A stretch of 64,000 nt of DNA from Candidatus Methylomirabilia bacterium (GCA_041496385.1 JBGQEL010000011.1:13181-77180), one strand, 5' to 3'; shown: positions 11,435-23,962, numbered from the stretch's first letter. The notes: generated from the sequence alone by a model not told the origin. Program-made: numbers and translations.

Positions 11435-13960
11435 GTGGCAGCGAAGATCAAGCTGATGGAACTCGCGAAGGAGCTCGGCGTGACCAGCAAGGAGCTGATG
11501 GTCGCGGCCGACGAGATGGGACACAAGGGTGTGCGCGCCATGAGCCCTCTCGACGCCGCGCTCGCCAACGCGCTCAGACTCAGGCTCGGCAAGGGGCGCG
11601 AGCTGCCGGAGGAGCCCAAGCCGAAGCGCGTCGCCCGGCCGAAGGCCGCGCAGGACGCCGCCACGACGGCCGACGGTGCATCGGCGACGAAGCGGCCTGC
11701 GCGCTCGAAGCTGGTCGAGGAGCCCGTCGGCGCGGAGGCGCCCGCCGAGATCAAGCCCGCCGCGACGATCGTGAGGCCCAAGCCGGTGACACCAGCGCCG
11801 GAGATCGTGCCGGAACCCCCGCTCGTCGCCACTCGCGAGCCCGACATCGTCCCGGAGCCGGCGCCGATCGCGCTTGCGGTCGAGCCGCCCGCGGCCATCA
11901 AGCCCGCCGCGACCGTCGCGCCCTCTCCCGCCGCGCCGGCCGTCAAGAAGCCCGAGCCGAAGATCGTGCCGTTCCGCCCGCTGGAGCGTGGAGCGCCGCC
12001 GCCGGTAGCGCCGCCGCGCCCTTCGCGTCAGCCGACCGGGCCGTTCGCGCCACCGCGCGTGACCGCGGCCCCGCCACGGCCCGCGACGCCCCCCGTGCCT
12101 GCCGCGCCTCCACGGCCGCTGCAGCCCGCGGTGCCGGTCGTGCCCGCGGCGCCGGCGCGGCCCGCCGCTGCGGCCGTGCTCGTCGAGGAGCCGCCGGCGC
12201 CGCCGGCCGAGGTCAAGCGCGAGCTGATCCGCGTGCCGGAGTCGGTCACCGTCGGCGAGCTTGCCGAGAAGATGCGGCGCAAGTCGGGTGAGGTGATCAA
12301 GACGTTGCTCGAGCTCGGCGTGATGGCGACGGTCAACGAGATGCTCGATCCGACGGCGGCGAAGCTCGTCGCGGACAAGTTCAACTTCGACGTCGAGGTC
12401 CGCTCCGTCGAGGGCGAGGTCGTCGACGAGGAGGACCTCGACCCCACGCAGCTCAAGCTCCGCCCGCCGGTGGTCACGGTCATGGGCCACGTCGACCACG
12501 GCAAGACGTCGCTGCTGGATGCGATCCGCAAGTCGCGCGTCGCGGAGAAGGAATTCGGCGGCATCACCCAGCACATCGGGGCGTACCAGGTCGAGACCCG
12601 GCACGGCAAGGTCACGTTCCTCGACACGCCGGGCCACGAGGCGTTCACCGCGATGCGCGCCCGCGGCGCCCAGGCGACGGACATCGTCATTCTGGTCGTC
12701 GCCGCCGACGACGGCGTCATGCCGCAGACGCTCGAGGCCGTGAGTCACGCACGCGCGGCCAACGTGCCGATCATCGTCGCGGTGAACAAGATCGACAAGC
12801 CCGAGGCCGACCTCGAGCGGGTGAAGCGCGAGCTCGCGAACCAGGGCCTGATTCCAGAAGACTGGGGAGGCCAGACGATCTTCGTGCCGACCTCCGCGAA
12901 GAAGGGCACCGGCATCGATCAGCTGCTCGAGATGACGGCGCTCCAGTCCGAGATCCTCGAGCTCAAGGCCAATCCGAACCGGGCGGCGAAGGGCGTGATC
13001 ATCGAGAGCCGCCTCGACCGGGGCCGGGGGCCCGTCGCGACGGCGCTCATCCAGAACGGCACGCTCAAGGAGGGTGACGCGGTCGTCGTCGGCTCGCACT
13101 CGGGCCGCGTACGCGCCCTGATCGACCCGAGCGGCAAGAAAGCGAAGAGCGCGGGCCCGTCTGACCCGGTCGAGATCCAGGGGATCTCCGGGGTGCCGTC
13201 CGCGGGCGACATCCTGGTCGGGGTCGCCGACGAGCGCAAGGCCAGGCAGATCGCGAACATGCGCGCCGACCGCGAGAAGGCCAAGGGCAAGGCGTCGACG
13301 CGCATCACGCTCGAGGGCCTGCAGAAGCAGATCCAGACGGGCGAGGTGAAGGAACTGCGCCTCATCATCAAGGCCGACGTGCAGGGCTCGGTCGAGGCGC
13401 TCGTCGAGTCGCTCGAGCGGCTGTCCACGGACGAAGTGAAGCTGAGGGTCATCCACAGCTCGGTCGGCGCTGTCAACGAGAGTGACGTCATGCTCGCCTC
13501 GGCATCGAGCGCGGTCGTCATCGGGTTCAACGTCAAGCCCGAGGCCAAGGCGGCGAGCCAGGCCCAGGCCAACGGCGTCGACGTCCGGACCTACAACGTC
13601 ATCTACGAGGCGATCAACGACCTCAAGGCGGCGCTCGCCGGCATGCTCGCCCCGGAGATGCGCGAGACGGCGCTCGGGAAGGCGCAGGTCCGCCAGATCT
13701 TCGTCATCTCCAAGCTCGGCCCGATCTGCGGCTCCTACGTGGTGGAGGGCAAGGTCACGCGCGGCGTGAAGGTGCGCGTGCGTCGCGGCGACGAGGCGGT
13801 GGGAACCGGCACGGTCGGCTCGCTCAAGCGCTTCAAGGACGACGTCCGGGAGGTGCTCGCCGGGCTCGAGTGCGGCATCGGCGTGGACGGCTTCAACCCG
13901 GTCCTGCCGGGCGACGTCCTGGAGATGTACTCGGTCGAGGAAGTGGCGCGCACGCTCTAG
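11435..13960 (+). CDS. infB: Translation initiation factor IF-2
   Basis: [37 protein letters not shown]; Pro/Ala-rich N-terminal linker. Confidence 0.99.
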   Translation: MAAKIKLMELAKELGVTSKELMVAADEMGHKGVRAMSPLDAALANALRLRLGKGRELPEEPKPKRVARPKAAQDAATTADGASATKRPARSKLVEEPVGAEAPAEIKPAATIVRPKPVTPAPEIVPEPPLVATREPDIVPEPAPIALAVEPPAAIKPAATVAPSPAAPAVKKPEPKIVPFRPLERGAPPPVAPPRPSRQPTGPFAPPRVTAAPPRPATPPVPAAPPRPLQPAVPVVPAAPARPAAAAVLVEEPPAPPAEVKRELIRVPESVTVGELAEKMRRKSGEVIKTLLELGVMATVNEMLDPTAAKLVADKFNFDVEVRSVEGEVVDEEDLDPTQLKLRPPVVTVMGHVDHGKTSLLDAIRKSRVAEKEFGGITQHIGAYQVETRHGKVTFLDTPGHEAFTAMRARGAQATDIVILVVAADDGVMPQTLEAVSHARAANVPIIVAVNKIDKPEADLERVKRELANQGLIPEDWGGQTIFVPTSAKKGTGIDQLLEMTALQSEILELKANPNRAAKGVIIESRLDRGRGPVATALIQNGTLKEGDAVVVGSHSGRVRALIDPSGKKAKSAGPSDPVEIQGISGVPSAGDILVGVADERKARQIANMRADREKAKGKASTRITLEGLQKQIQTGEVKELRLIIKADVQGSVEALVESLERLSTDEVKLRVIHSSVGAVNESDVMLASASSAVVIGFNVKPEAKAASQAQANGVDVRTYNVIYEAINDLKAALAGMLAPEMRETALGKAQVRQIFVISKLGPICGSYVVEGKVTRGVKVRVRRGDEAVGTGTVGSLKRFKDDVREVLAGLECGIGVDGFNPVLPGDVLEMYSVEEVARTL

Positions 13961-13984
13961 CGGGCGCCCGCGCCGGAGGGCATC

Positions 13985-14275
13985 GTGACGACGGCGCGCG
14001 TGGCGCTTGGGATGGTCGAGCTCCACCTGCCGGACGTGGCGTCGCTCAAGGACAAGCGGCACGTCCTCAAGGGCCTCAAGGAGCGGGTGCGCGCCCGCTT
14101 CGAGGTCTCGGTGGCGGAGGTCGATCACCAGGACATCTGGCAGCGCGCCACGCTGGCCGTCGCCTATGTCTCCGCCGACGCCCAGCACGCGGGCCAGGTG
14201 GTGTCCAAGGCGATGGACTTCATCGAGGACCACGTCGAGGGACGCGTCATCGAGACGTTCGTGGAGATTCTCTGA
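13985..14275 (+). CDS. DUF503 (YlxP) family protein
   Basis: SLKDKRHVLK...FEVSVAEVDHQDIWQR; conserved position between infB and rbfA. Confidence 0.88.
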   Translation: MTTARVALGMVELHLPDVASLKDKRHVLKGLKERVRARFEVSVAEVDHQDIWQRATLAVAYVSADAQHAGQVVSKAMDFIEDHVEGRVIETFVEIL

Positions 14276-14628
14276 TGCAGGGCAAGCGACTCGACCGCGT
14301 CAACCAGCTGATCAAGGAAGAAGTGTCCACGCTCCTGCAGCGAGAGCTCAAGGACCCGCGCCTCGGCTTCGTGACGGTCACCGAGGTGGCGACCGCGAAG
14401 GACCTGTCCCGGGCGAAGGTCTTCGTCTCGGTGCTCGGCAACGAGGCGCAGTGGGCCGCCTCGCTGGCGGCGCTCGCGAGCGCGCGGGGCTTCATCCGCA
14501 ACTGGCTCCGCCACCACCTCGAGCTGCGCGTGACGCCCGAGCTCGACTTCCGCCCCGACCACTCGATGGAGCACGCGGCGCGGATCCAGGCGTTGCTCCG
14601 CCATCTCGATTCCGGGCCGTCCGCGTGA
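14275..14628 (+). CDS. rbfA: Ribosome-binding factor A
   Basis: LKDPRLGFVTVTEV...LRVTPELDFRPDHS. Confidence 0.95.
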   Translation: MQGKRLDRVNQLIKEEVSTLLQRELKDPRLGFVTVTEVATAKDLSRAKVFVSVLGNEAQWAASLAALASARGFIRNWLRHHLELRVTPELDFRPDHSMEHAARIQALLRHLDSGPSA

Positions 14629-15632
14629 GCGTGCCCGCCGAGCATCGGGGGAGCGTGCCGCCGGAGGCGGTCCTCGCGCCGTTCCGCAAGGACGGCGGCC
14701 GCGCGCTCATGCTGGGCCACGTCCATCCCGACGCCGACGTGCTCGGCACGCTGCTGGCGCTCGGCCTGGCGCTGGAGGGCCGCGGCTGGAGCGTCGTGTA
14801 CGGCGGCCCGCACCCGGCCCCCGCCGCCCTCGGATTCCTGCCCGGGATCGAGCGCTACCGGCGGCTCGACGAGGTCGGCGGCCCCTTCGACCTGGCGGTG
14901 CTCACCGACTGCCCGAACCCGCAGCGCACCGAGGGGCTCATCGACCAGGCGCGTCGCGCCGCGCGGCTCGTCGTGAACATCGACCACCACCCGGACAACC
15001 GCCGCTACGCGGACGTGAACTGGCTCGATACGGACGCGGCGGCGACGGGCGAGATGGTCCACGAGCTGCTCGACGCGCTCGGCGCGCCGCTGACGCCGCA
15101 GATCGCCACCAACCTGTTCACGGCGATTCACACCGATACGGGCTCGTTCCGCTACTCCAACGTGACGCCGCGCACGCTCCGGATCGCGGCCGCGCTCGTC
15201 GCCGCCGGCGCCGAGCCCGCGTTCGTCTCCGCGAGCCTCTACGAGCGTCGCGCGCCCGACGCGCTCCGCTGGCTCGGGGTCTCCCTCGCGCGCGTCGAGC
15301 TCTCCGACGACGGACGGCTCGCCTGGCTCGCCCTGCCGGCCGGCCTCGTGCCCGAGGCCTTCGTCGAGTCCGAGGAGCTCGTGAACTACCCGCGCTCGGT
15401 CGCCACGGTGCGGGTCGCGTGTCTGCTCCGCGAGCACGACGGCCAGGTGAAGGTGAGCCTGCGCGGCAAGGGCGACGTGGACGTCCAGAAGATCGCCGCC
15501 CGGTTCGGCGGCGGCGGCCACCGGAACGCGGCCGGCTGCACCCTGCCGGGCTCGCTCGCCGAGGCGACGCGCGCTGTGCTGGAGGCCGTGCGGACCGCGC
15601 TCGACACGCCGGGGGAGGGCCCCGCCCGGTGA
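14625..15632 (+). CDS. DHH/DHHA1 phosphoesterase (NrnA-like)
   Basis: HVHPDAD, NIDHH, TDTGSF, FGGGGHRNAAG. Confidence 0.9.
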   Translation: MSVPAEHRGSVPPEAVLAPFRKDGGRALMLGHVHPDADVLGTLLALGLALEGRGWSVVYGGPHPAPAALGFLPGIERYRRLDEVGGPFDLAVLTDCPNPQRTEGLIDQARRAARLVVNIDHHPDNRRYADVNWLDTDAAATGEMVHELLDALGAPLTPQIATNLFTAIHTDTGSFRYSNVTPRTLRIAAALVAAGAEPAFVSASLYERRAPDALRWLGVSLARVELSDDGRLAWLALPAGLVPEAFVESEELVNYPRSVATVRVACLLREHDGQVKVSLRGKGDVDVQKIAARFGGGGHRNAAGCTLPGSLAEATRAVLEAVRTALDTPGEGPAR

Positions 15633-16561
15633 GCGTGGCGCCAGGCGGCGCCGGCGTCCTTGTCGTGGACAAAGGGGCCGGCGCCACGTCGTTCGATGCC
15701 GTGGCCCTCGTCCGCCGCCAGCTCGGGATCCGGCGCGTCGGCCACGCCGGCACACTCGATCCTGCCGCGACGGGCGTCCTGCCCGTCCTGCTCGGGGAGG
15801 CGACGAAGCTCACCCCGTACCTCATGGACCAGGAAAAGGAGTATGTGGCCACGGTGCGGTTCGGCGTGACGACCGATACGCACGACGTCACCGGCCGCGT
15901 CCTGTCGGAGAGCCGGGTGCCGCGGCTCGAGCGGCGCGAGCTCGAGGCGGCGTGCCGGCCGTTCGTCGGGCGCATCAAGCAGGTTCCCCCGATGTACTCG
16001 GCGGTCCACCACGAGGGCCAGCGCCTGTACGAGCTGGCCCGCCGTGGCATCGAGGTCGAGCGCGAGCCCCGGGAAGTCCTGGTCCGGTCGATCGCCGTCG
16101 AGGAGGTCGATCGGGTGCACGCCACCCTCCGCGTCGTCTGCGGCAAAGGCACCTACGTGCGGGTTCTCGCCGCCGATCTCGGCGCCGCGCTCGGCTGCGG
16201 CGCCGCCGTCGAGCGTCTGATCCGGTCGCGCGTGGGGCCCTTCACCCTCGCGGACGCCGTCGCCTGGGCCGACCTCAGGACCGGCGAGCGGCCGACGCTG
16301 TGGGCGCGCGTCAGGTCGCCCGAGGCCGCGCTGGCCGACTGGCCCGCGGTGACGCTGGAGGGGGCTGCGGTCTCGGCGTTCACGCACGGACAATCGGTGA
16401 CCGTGGCGCCCGTCCCCACGGAGGCCGAGCGCCGAGTGCGCGTGCACGACCGCGCGGGCGCGCTGATCGGCGTCGGCCTGCTCGCCGCCGCCGGCCACCA
16501 GGTGAGGCCGATTCGGATCCTGCATGCAGATCGTCCGGGGACTCCGCTCCTACCCGCCTGA
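15629..16561 (+). CDS. truB: tRNA pseudouridine(55) synthase
   Basis: VGHAGTLDPAATGVL, QVPPMYSA, CGKGTYVR. Confidence 0.96.
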   Translation: MSVAPGGAGVLVVDKGAGATSFDAVALVRRQLGIRRVGHAGTLDPAATGVLPVLLGEATKLTPYLMDQEKEYVATVRFGVTTDTHDVTGRVLSESRVPRLERRELEAACRPFVGRIKQVPPMYSAVHHEGQRLYELARRGIEVEREPREVLVRSIAVEEVDRVHATLRVVCGKGTYVRVLAADLGAALGCGAAVERLIRSRVGPFTLADAVAWADLRTGERPTLWARVRSPEAALADWPAVTLEGAAVSAFTHGQSVTVAPVPTEAERRVRVHDRAGALIGVGLLAAAGHQVRPIRILHADRPGTPLLPA

Positions 16562-17441
16562 CGCCGGCCCGAGCGCCGTCGCGCTGGGCGTCTTCGACGG
16601 CATCCACCTTGGCCACCGTGCGATCCTCGGCACCGCGGTCGCACAGGCGCGCGGTCAGGGGCTCGCCGCGGTCGCGTGCACGTTCGACCCACACCCGCTC
16701 GAGGTGCTCCAGCCGGAGCGGGCCCCGCTGCCGCTCACGACGCTCGAGGAGCGCCTGGCACTCATCGCCGAGACGGGCATCGACACGGCCGTCCTGCTCG
16801 CCTTCACACGGGAGGTGGCGGCGATGGAGGCCGAGGAGTTCGTGCGCGCCGTGCTGCTCGGGACGCTTCGCGCGCGCGACGTCGTGGTCGGCTTCAACCA
16901 CCGGTTCGGCCGCGGTGCGGCGGGCGACGCGGGCCTGCTCCAGCGCCTCGGGGCCGCCCTGGGCTTCCGCGCCCACATCGTGGCCCCCCTCGAGGTGGAC
17001 GGCATCCCCGTCTCCTCCTCCGAGATCCGCACGGCCCTCCAGGCGGGCGATCTCGCGCGCGCCGCTCGGCTCCTCGGGCGCCACTACTCGGTGGAAGGCG
17101 AAGTCGTCCGCGGCGCGGGGCGGGGACGGACGCTCGGCTTTCCCACGGCGAACGTGAAGACCGATCGCCCGCTGCCCCTGCCAGCCGGCGTCTACGCCTG
17201 CCACGCCCTCGTGGAGCGAGCCCGCCATCGCGCCGTCCTCAACCTGGGTGTGCGCCCCACCTTCGGCGAGAGCGAGCTCCTCGTGGAGGCCCATCTGCTC
17301 GATTTCTCTGGCGATCTCTACGGCAGCCGCCTCAAGCTGACGTTCCTCCGTCGCCTGCGCGAGGAGCGTCGATTTCCCGATGTCGAGGCGCTCCGCCGGC
17401 AGATCGCCCTCGATGTGGCCGCCGCACGTCAGGAGACCTGA
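16524..17441 (+). CDS. ribF: Bifunctional riboflavin kinase/FAD synthetase
   Basis: [27 protein letters not shown]. Confidence 0.96.
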   Translation: MQIVRGLRSYPPDAGPSAVALGVFDGIHLGHRAILGTAVAQARGQGLAAVACTFDPHPLEVLQPERAPLPLTTLEERLALIAETGIDTAVLLAFTREVAAMEAEEFVRAVLLGTLRARDVVVGFNHRFGRGAAGDAGLLQRLGAALGFRAHIVAPLEVDGIPVSSSEIRTALQAGDLARAARLLGRHYSVEGEVVRGAGRGRTLGFPTANVKTDRPLPLPAGVYACHALVERARHRAVLNLGVRPTFGESELLVEAHLLDFSGDLYGSRLKLTFLRRLREERRFPDVEALRRQIALDVAAARQET

Positions 17442-17450
17442 GGGCTCCGC

Positions 17451-17479
17451 TTTACTTCCGGAAGACCACGTGGTACGCT
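17451..17479 (+). promoter_or_regulatory. sigma70-type promoter of rpsO
   Basis: TTTACT-17 nt-TACGCT with extended TG at 17471-17472. Confidence 0.6.
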
Positions 17480-17565
17480 CCGTATCTGTAGGCAATACAA
17501 GCGTTTTTGAACCCGTTCGGGTGGAGCGTGGCTCCCCTGGACGCGGCGATTGGAGGAAGCTTCCC

Positions 17566-17835
17566 ATGCCGGTCACCATCGAAAAGAAGAAGAGCTTGAT
17601 CGAGCAGTTCCGCGTCCACGAGGGCGATACCGGGTCGCCCGAGGTGCAGATCGCGCTCCTCACCGAGCGCATCAATGGCTTGACCGATCATTTCAAGCAG
17701 CACAGCAAGGACCACCACTCCCGGCGGGGTCTGCTGATGCTCATCGGTAAGCGCCGGAGTCTCCTCGAGTACCTCAAGGACAAGGACGCAGAGCGGTATC
17801 GCTCCATCATCGACAAGCTCGGAATCCGCAGGTGA
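17566..17835 (+). CDS. rpsO: 30S ribosomal protein S15
   Basis: [13 protein letters not shown]...[18 protein letters not shown] upstream of ATG 17566. Confidence 0.98.
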   Translation: MPVTIEKKKSLIEQFRVHEGDTGSPEVQIALLTERINGLTDHFKQHSKDHHSRRGLLMLIGKRRSLLEYLKDKDAERYRSIIDKLGIRR

Positions 17836-17905
17836 CTGAGGGTTCACACCGCACGGCTTGGTCCTCGGACGCAAAGACTCCGGGGGCCCGAGGACAATCT
17901 TCCCA

Positions 17906-20047
<2,142 letters not shown>

Positions 20048-20053
20048 AAGGCG

Positions 20054-21325
20054 GTGCCCGTGACCGAGGGCTACCGGAAGAGCGTCCTGCCGAACGGTAC
20101 CCGTGTCGTCACGGAGCGGATGGAACACGTCCGGTCCGTCGCGGTGGGTGTGTGGGTGGAGACCGGCTCGCGACACGAGCCCGAGAGCCGCGGCGGGATG
20201 TCCCACCTCATCGAGCACCTCGTCTTCAAGGGCACCGCGACCCGCACCGCCGAGGAGATCGCCCGAACGATGGACTCCGTCGGCGGGCAGATGGACGCCT
20301 TCACCACGAAGGAACACACGTGCTTCTACGTGCAGGTGCTCGACGAGCACCTGCCGCTGGCCGTGGACCTGCTGACCGACATCCTGCTCCACCCCATCTT
20401 CAACGCCGACGAGCTCGAGCGTGAGAAGTCGGTGGTGCTGCAGGAGATCAAGATGGTGGAGGACACTCCCGACGACCTGATCCACGACCTGTTCGCCGCC
20501 CAGCTCTGGGAGGGCCACCCCCTCGGACGCCCGATCTTGGGGACGCGTGAGGCGGTGACCGCGTACGCCCGCGAGACGATCCTCAGCCACTTCGAGGAGG
20601 AATACGTGCCGCCGCGGATCATGATCGCGGTGGCCGGCAACGCCACCCACGACCGCGTCGTGGACCTCTTCGGCGCCCCCTTCGACCGCTTCCGGCGGGC
20701 GGCCGTCGCGCGCGCGGGCGGGCCGCCGGTGCAGAGGCCCGGAGTGAACATCGTCCAGAAGACGCTCGAGCAGGTCCACCTCGTGATGGGCTTCCCGGGA
20801 CTCCACCACGCCGCGCCCGAGCGGTACGCCCTCTTCCTGCTCAACGACGTGATCGGCGGGAGCATGTCCTCGCGCCTGTTCCAGGAGGTTCGGGAACGTC
20901 AGGGGCTCGTCTACTCGATCCACTCGGGTGTGCAGGCCTATGCCGACACGGGCACCCTCTACATCTACGCGGCGACCGACCCGCCGAACTTCTCGAAGAT
21001 GCTGAAGTCCACGCTCAAGGAGCTGCGCGACCTCAAGAAGCACGGGATCACGGCGGAAGAGCTACGTCGGGCGAAGGACCACCTGAAGGGCAGCCTGATG
21101 CTCTCGCTCGAGTCCACCTCCAGCCGGATGAACCGCCTGGCCAAGCACGAGATGCACCACGGCTCGTTCTTCACGATGGACCAGATGCTCGCGGCCGTGG
21201 ACGGAGTCCGCCACGAAGAGGTTCAGACGCTCGTCGGCGAGCTCCTCGACGAGGATCGTCTGGCGTTGACCACGCTCGGCCCGCTCGATCGCCGCAACCT
21301 CCCGCGAGAGCTCCTGCACCGTTGA
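20054..21325 (+). CDS. M16 family zinc peptidase
   Basis: Inverted zinc motif HLIEH, GGSMSSRLFQEVRE; usual position after pnp. Confidence 0.93.
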   Translation: MPVTEGYRKSVLPNGTRVVTERMEHVRSVAVGVWVETGSRHEPESRGGMSHLIEHLVFKGTATRTAEEIARTMDSVGGQMDAFTTKEHTCFYVQVLDEHLPLAVDLLTDILLHPIFNADELEREKSVVLQEIKMVEDTPDDLIHDLFAAQLWEGHPLGRPILGTREAVTAYARETILSHFEEEYVPPRIMIAVAGNATHDRVVDLFGAPFDRFRRAAVARAGGPPVQRPGVNIVQKTLEQVHLVMGFPGLHHAAPERYALFLLNDVIGGSMSSRLFQEVRERQGLVYSIHSGVQAYADTGTLYIYAATDPPNFSKMLKSTLKELRDLKKHGITAEELRRAKDHLKGSLMLSLESTSSRMNRLAKHEMHHGSFFTMDQMLAAVDGVRHEEVQTLVGELLDEDRLALTTLGPLDRRNLPRELLHR

Positions 21326-21327
21326 TG

Positions 21328-21480
21328 TTGGGGGGTCCCGAGATGGCCCCCCAAGCCCCCCATTCTCGCGGCTCGATCGAGCTTGGCGCTCGATCGCTCT
21401 TGCGGACACTCCGAGATACCTCTCAAAACTCCAGATCTCGCCTCCCGAGCGCGCCGGCTCTTTCGCTCGGACGGGTTTTG
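21328..21480. repeat. Cluster of intergenic palindromes (REP-like)
   Basis: TTGGGGGG/CCCCCCAA (21328-21354), CGATCGAGC/GCTCGATCG (21374-21396), CAAAACTC/GGGTTTTG (21424-21480) enclosing CCGAGCG/CGCTCGG. Confidence 0.6.
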
Positions 21481-21495
21481 CTCTAAGGTGGGGAC

Positions 21496-22794
21496 GTGAT
21501 CGAGCGCTACACCCGCCCCGAGATGGGCCGCATCTGGAGCGAGGAGTCCAAGTACGAGGCGTGGCTCAGGGTGGAGCTGGCGGTGTGCGAGGCGTACGCG
21601 CGACGGGGCCGGATACCCGGCGACGCGATGGGCCGGATCCGCCAGAAGGCGCGCGTGGACGTCGCCCGTATCCTGGCCATCCAGGAGCGCGTCAAGCACG
21701 AGATGATCGCGCTCCTCACGAGCCTCGAGGAGCAGCTCGGTTCCGACTCCCGCTTCGTCCACATCGGGCTCACCACGAACGACGTCTGGGATACCGCCAC
21801 GGCGCTGCAGCTCCGCGACGCCGCCGACCTCCTGATCGCCGCGCAGGAGCGCCTCCGCAAGGCGCTGGGTGAGCTGGCGCTCCGGCACAAGGACACGCTG
21901 ACGGTCGGCCGGACCCACGGCGTCCACGCCGAGCCGACCACCTTCGGCTTGAAGGCGGCGGTCTGGTACACCGAGGCCGGGCGAAACCGTGAGCGCCTCG
22001 TGCGCGCCCGCGCCGCGATCGCCGTCGGCAAGCTGTCGGGTGCGGTCGGCAACTTCGCCCACGTCGAGCCCGAGATCGAGGCGGAGGTCTGCCGGGAGCT
22101 CGGTCTCGAGGCCGCGCCCGTGTCCACGCAGATCATCCAGCGTGACCGCCACGCCGAATTCTGCGCGGCGCTCGCGGTGGCCGCGGCGTCGCTCGAGAAG
22201 ATCGCGCTCGAGGTGCGGGGACTCCAGCGCACCGAGATCCTCGAAGCCCAGGAGCCCTTCGGCGAGGGTCAGAAGGGCTCGAGCGCGATGCCCCACAAGC
22301 GCAACCCCGAGCTCAGCGAGCGTGTCTGCGGGCTCGCGCGGCTCCTCCGGTCGAACGCGCTCGCGGCGCTCGAGAACGTCGCCCTCTGGCACGAGCGCGA
22401 CATCAGCCACTCCTCGGTCGAGCGCGTCATCCTGCCCGACTCCACGATCGCGCTCGACTACATGCTCTCGATCACGACGTTCATCGTCGAGGGGCTCGAC
22501 GTCGATCCCGCGCGGATGGCCGAGAACCTCGAGCTGAGCTACGGGCTCGTCTACTCGCAGCGGGTGCTGCTGAAGCTCACCGACGCGGGGCTCGCGCGCC
22601 AGACCGCCTACGAGATCGTCCAGCGGCACGCCATGCGCGCCTGGAAGGAGCGGCGCTCCTTCTTCGAGCTCCTCGCGGCGGATCCCGAGGTCACGGAGCG
22701 ACTCGGTCCCGATGAGCTGAAGCGCTGCTTCGATCCGGCGTTCTTCCTCCGCAACGTGGACACGATCTTCAGGCGAGTCGGACTGATTCCGTGA
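21496..22794 (+). CDS. purB: Adenylosuccinate lyase
   Basis: MIERYTRPEM, GRTHGVHAEPTTFG, GSSAMPHKRNP. Confidence 0.97.
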   Translation: MIERYTRPEMGRIWSEESKYEAWLRVELAVCEAYARRGRIPGDAMGRIRQKARVDVARILAIQERVKHEMIALLTSLEEQLGSDSRFVHIGLTTNDVWDTATALQLRDAADLLIAAQERLRKALGELALRHKDTLTVGRTHGVHAEPTTFGLKAAVWYTEAGRNRERLVRARAAIAVGKLSGAVGNFAHVEPEIEAEVCRELGLEAAPVSTQIIQRDRHAEFCAALAVAAASLEKIALEVRGLQRTEILEAQEPFGEGQKGSSAMPHKRNPELSERVCGLARLLRSNALAALENVALWHERDISHSSVERVILPDSTIALDYMLSITTFIVEGLDVDPARMAENLELSYGLVYSQRVLLKLTDAGLARQTAYEIVQRHAMRAWKERRSFFELLAADPEVTERLGPDELKRCFDPAFFLRNVDTIFRRVGLIP

Positions 22795-22808
22795 GACCCG
22801 GAGGGATC

Positions 22809-23534
22809 ATGGCGAACGTCGAGAGCCGCGACAAGCTCTACGAGGGCAAGGCCAAGATCGTCTACACGACCAGCCAGCCCGGCACCGTCATCCAGTATTT
22901 CAAGGACGACGCCACCGCCTTCAACGCCCTGAAGAAGGGGACGATCGTCGGCAAGGGCGTGGTCAACAACCGGATGTCGGCGGCGCTGTTCGAGCGGCTC
23001 GAGCGGGCCCGCGTGCCGACGCACTACCTCGCCACGCTCTCCGACCGCGAGATGCTCTGCCGCCGGCTCGACATCATCAAGATCGAGACGATCGTGCGGA
23101 ACATCGTCGCGGGCAGCCTGGCGAAGCGCACGGGTCTCGACGAAGGGACGCCGATCAAGCAGCCGATCGTCGAGCTCTACTACAAGTCCGACCCGCTCGG
23201 CGACCCGATGCTCAACGACGACCACGTCAGGATGCTCAGGCTCGCGACCCCGGCCGAGCTGGCGTGGATGCGGCGCACGGCGCTCCGGATCAACGCGGTG
23301 CTCCGGCCCCACCTGCTGAAGCGCGACCTGCTCCTCGTGGACTTCAAGCTCGAGTTCGGGCGGGCGGGCAGGAAGCTCTACCTCGGCGACGAGATCTCGC
23401 CCGACACCTGCCGGCTCTGGGACCGCGAGACGCGCGAAAAGCTCGACAAGGACCGCTTCCGCCGGGACCTCGGGGGTGTCGAGGAGGCCTACCACGAAGT
23501 GTACCGGCGCCTCGTGACCGGGCCTGGCGCGTAG
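22809..23534 (+). CDS. purC: SAICAR synthase
   Basis: LYEGKAK, FKDDATAFN, LVDFKLEFG, DEISPDTCRLWD. Confidence 0.97.
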   Translation: MANVESRDKLYEGKAKIVYTTSQPGTVIQYFKDDATAFNALKKGTIVGKGVVNNRMSAALFERLERARVPTHYLATLSDREMLCRRLDIIKIETIVRNIVAGSLAKRTGLDEGTPIKQPIVELYYKSDPLGDPMLNDDHVRMLRLATPAELAWMRRTALRINAVLRPHLLKRDLLLVDFKLEFGRAGRKLYLGDEISPDTCRLWDRETREKLDKDRFRRDLGGVEEAYHEVYRRLVTGPGA

Positions 23535-23554
23535 GAACTGAACGGGCGTGTCGG

Positions 23555-23686
23555 AGCCCCGCGAATCTGCCTCAGGCCACCCGCGGTCCAAGCCGGCCCC
23601 GGGGCACCCGTTACAATGAAGCCCCGCGAATCTGCCTCAGGCCACCCTCGGTCCAAGCCGGCCCCGGGGCACCCGTTACGATGAAG
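23555..23686. repeat. 65-bp tandem duplication (2 copies, 2 mismatches)
   Basis: Copies start at 23555 and 23620; the second copy ends on the purS ATG. Confidence 0.93.
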
Positions 23687-23950
23687 GCGCGCGTTCTCAT
23701 CAGGCTCAAGCCCGGAATCCTCGACGTCCAGGGGGCCGCGGTGAAACGCGCGCTCACGGGGCTCGGGTTCGCCGAGCTGAGCGACCTCCGCGTCGGCAAG
23801 GTGATCGAGGTCGATCTCGAGGCGGCGACGCCCGAGCTCGCGCGGCAGCGGGTCGGCGAGATGTGCCGCCAGCTCCTCGCCAATCCCGTCCTGGAGGACT
23901 ACACGATAGAAATGACCGACGACCTTGCCCCGCGCGGGGTCGTTCTGTAA
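23681..23950 (+). CDS. purS: FGAM synthase subunit PurS
   Basis: LKPGILDVQGAAV...LLANPVLEDY. Confidence 0.95.
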   Translation: MKARVLIRLKPGILDVQGAAVKRALTGLGFAELSDLRVGKVIEVDLEAATPELARQRVGEMCRQLLANPVLEDYTIEMTDDLAPRGVVL

Positions 23951-23962
23951 GATGGGCTCGTC

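Noticed and set aside
11600..12220. Pro/Ala-rich low-complexity stretch in infB
   Set aside because: Ordinary variable IF-2 N-terminal linker in GC-rich bacteria.
11258..14233. 991-aa minus-strand ORF
   Set aside because: Antisense shadow of infB. High GC3 suppresses stops on the opposite strand, and it has no recognisable motifs.
21326..21495. Known purine, ZTP or PRPP riboswitch upstream of purB
   Set aside because: I could not match the consensus of any of these by eye; reported only as unexplained stems.
23555..23686. Possible CRISPR or attachment-site repeat
   Set aside because: Only two adjacent copies, no spacer, and no integrase or tRNA nearby.
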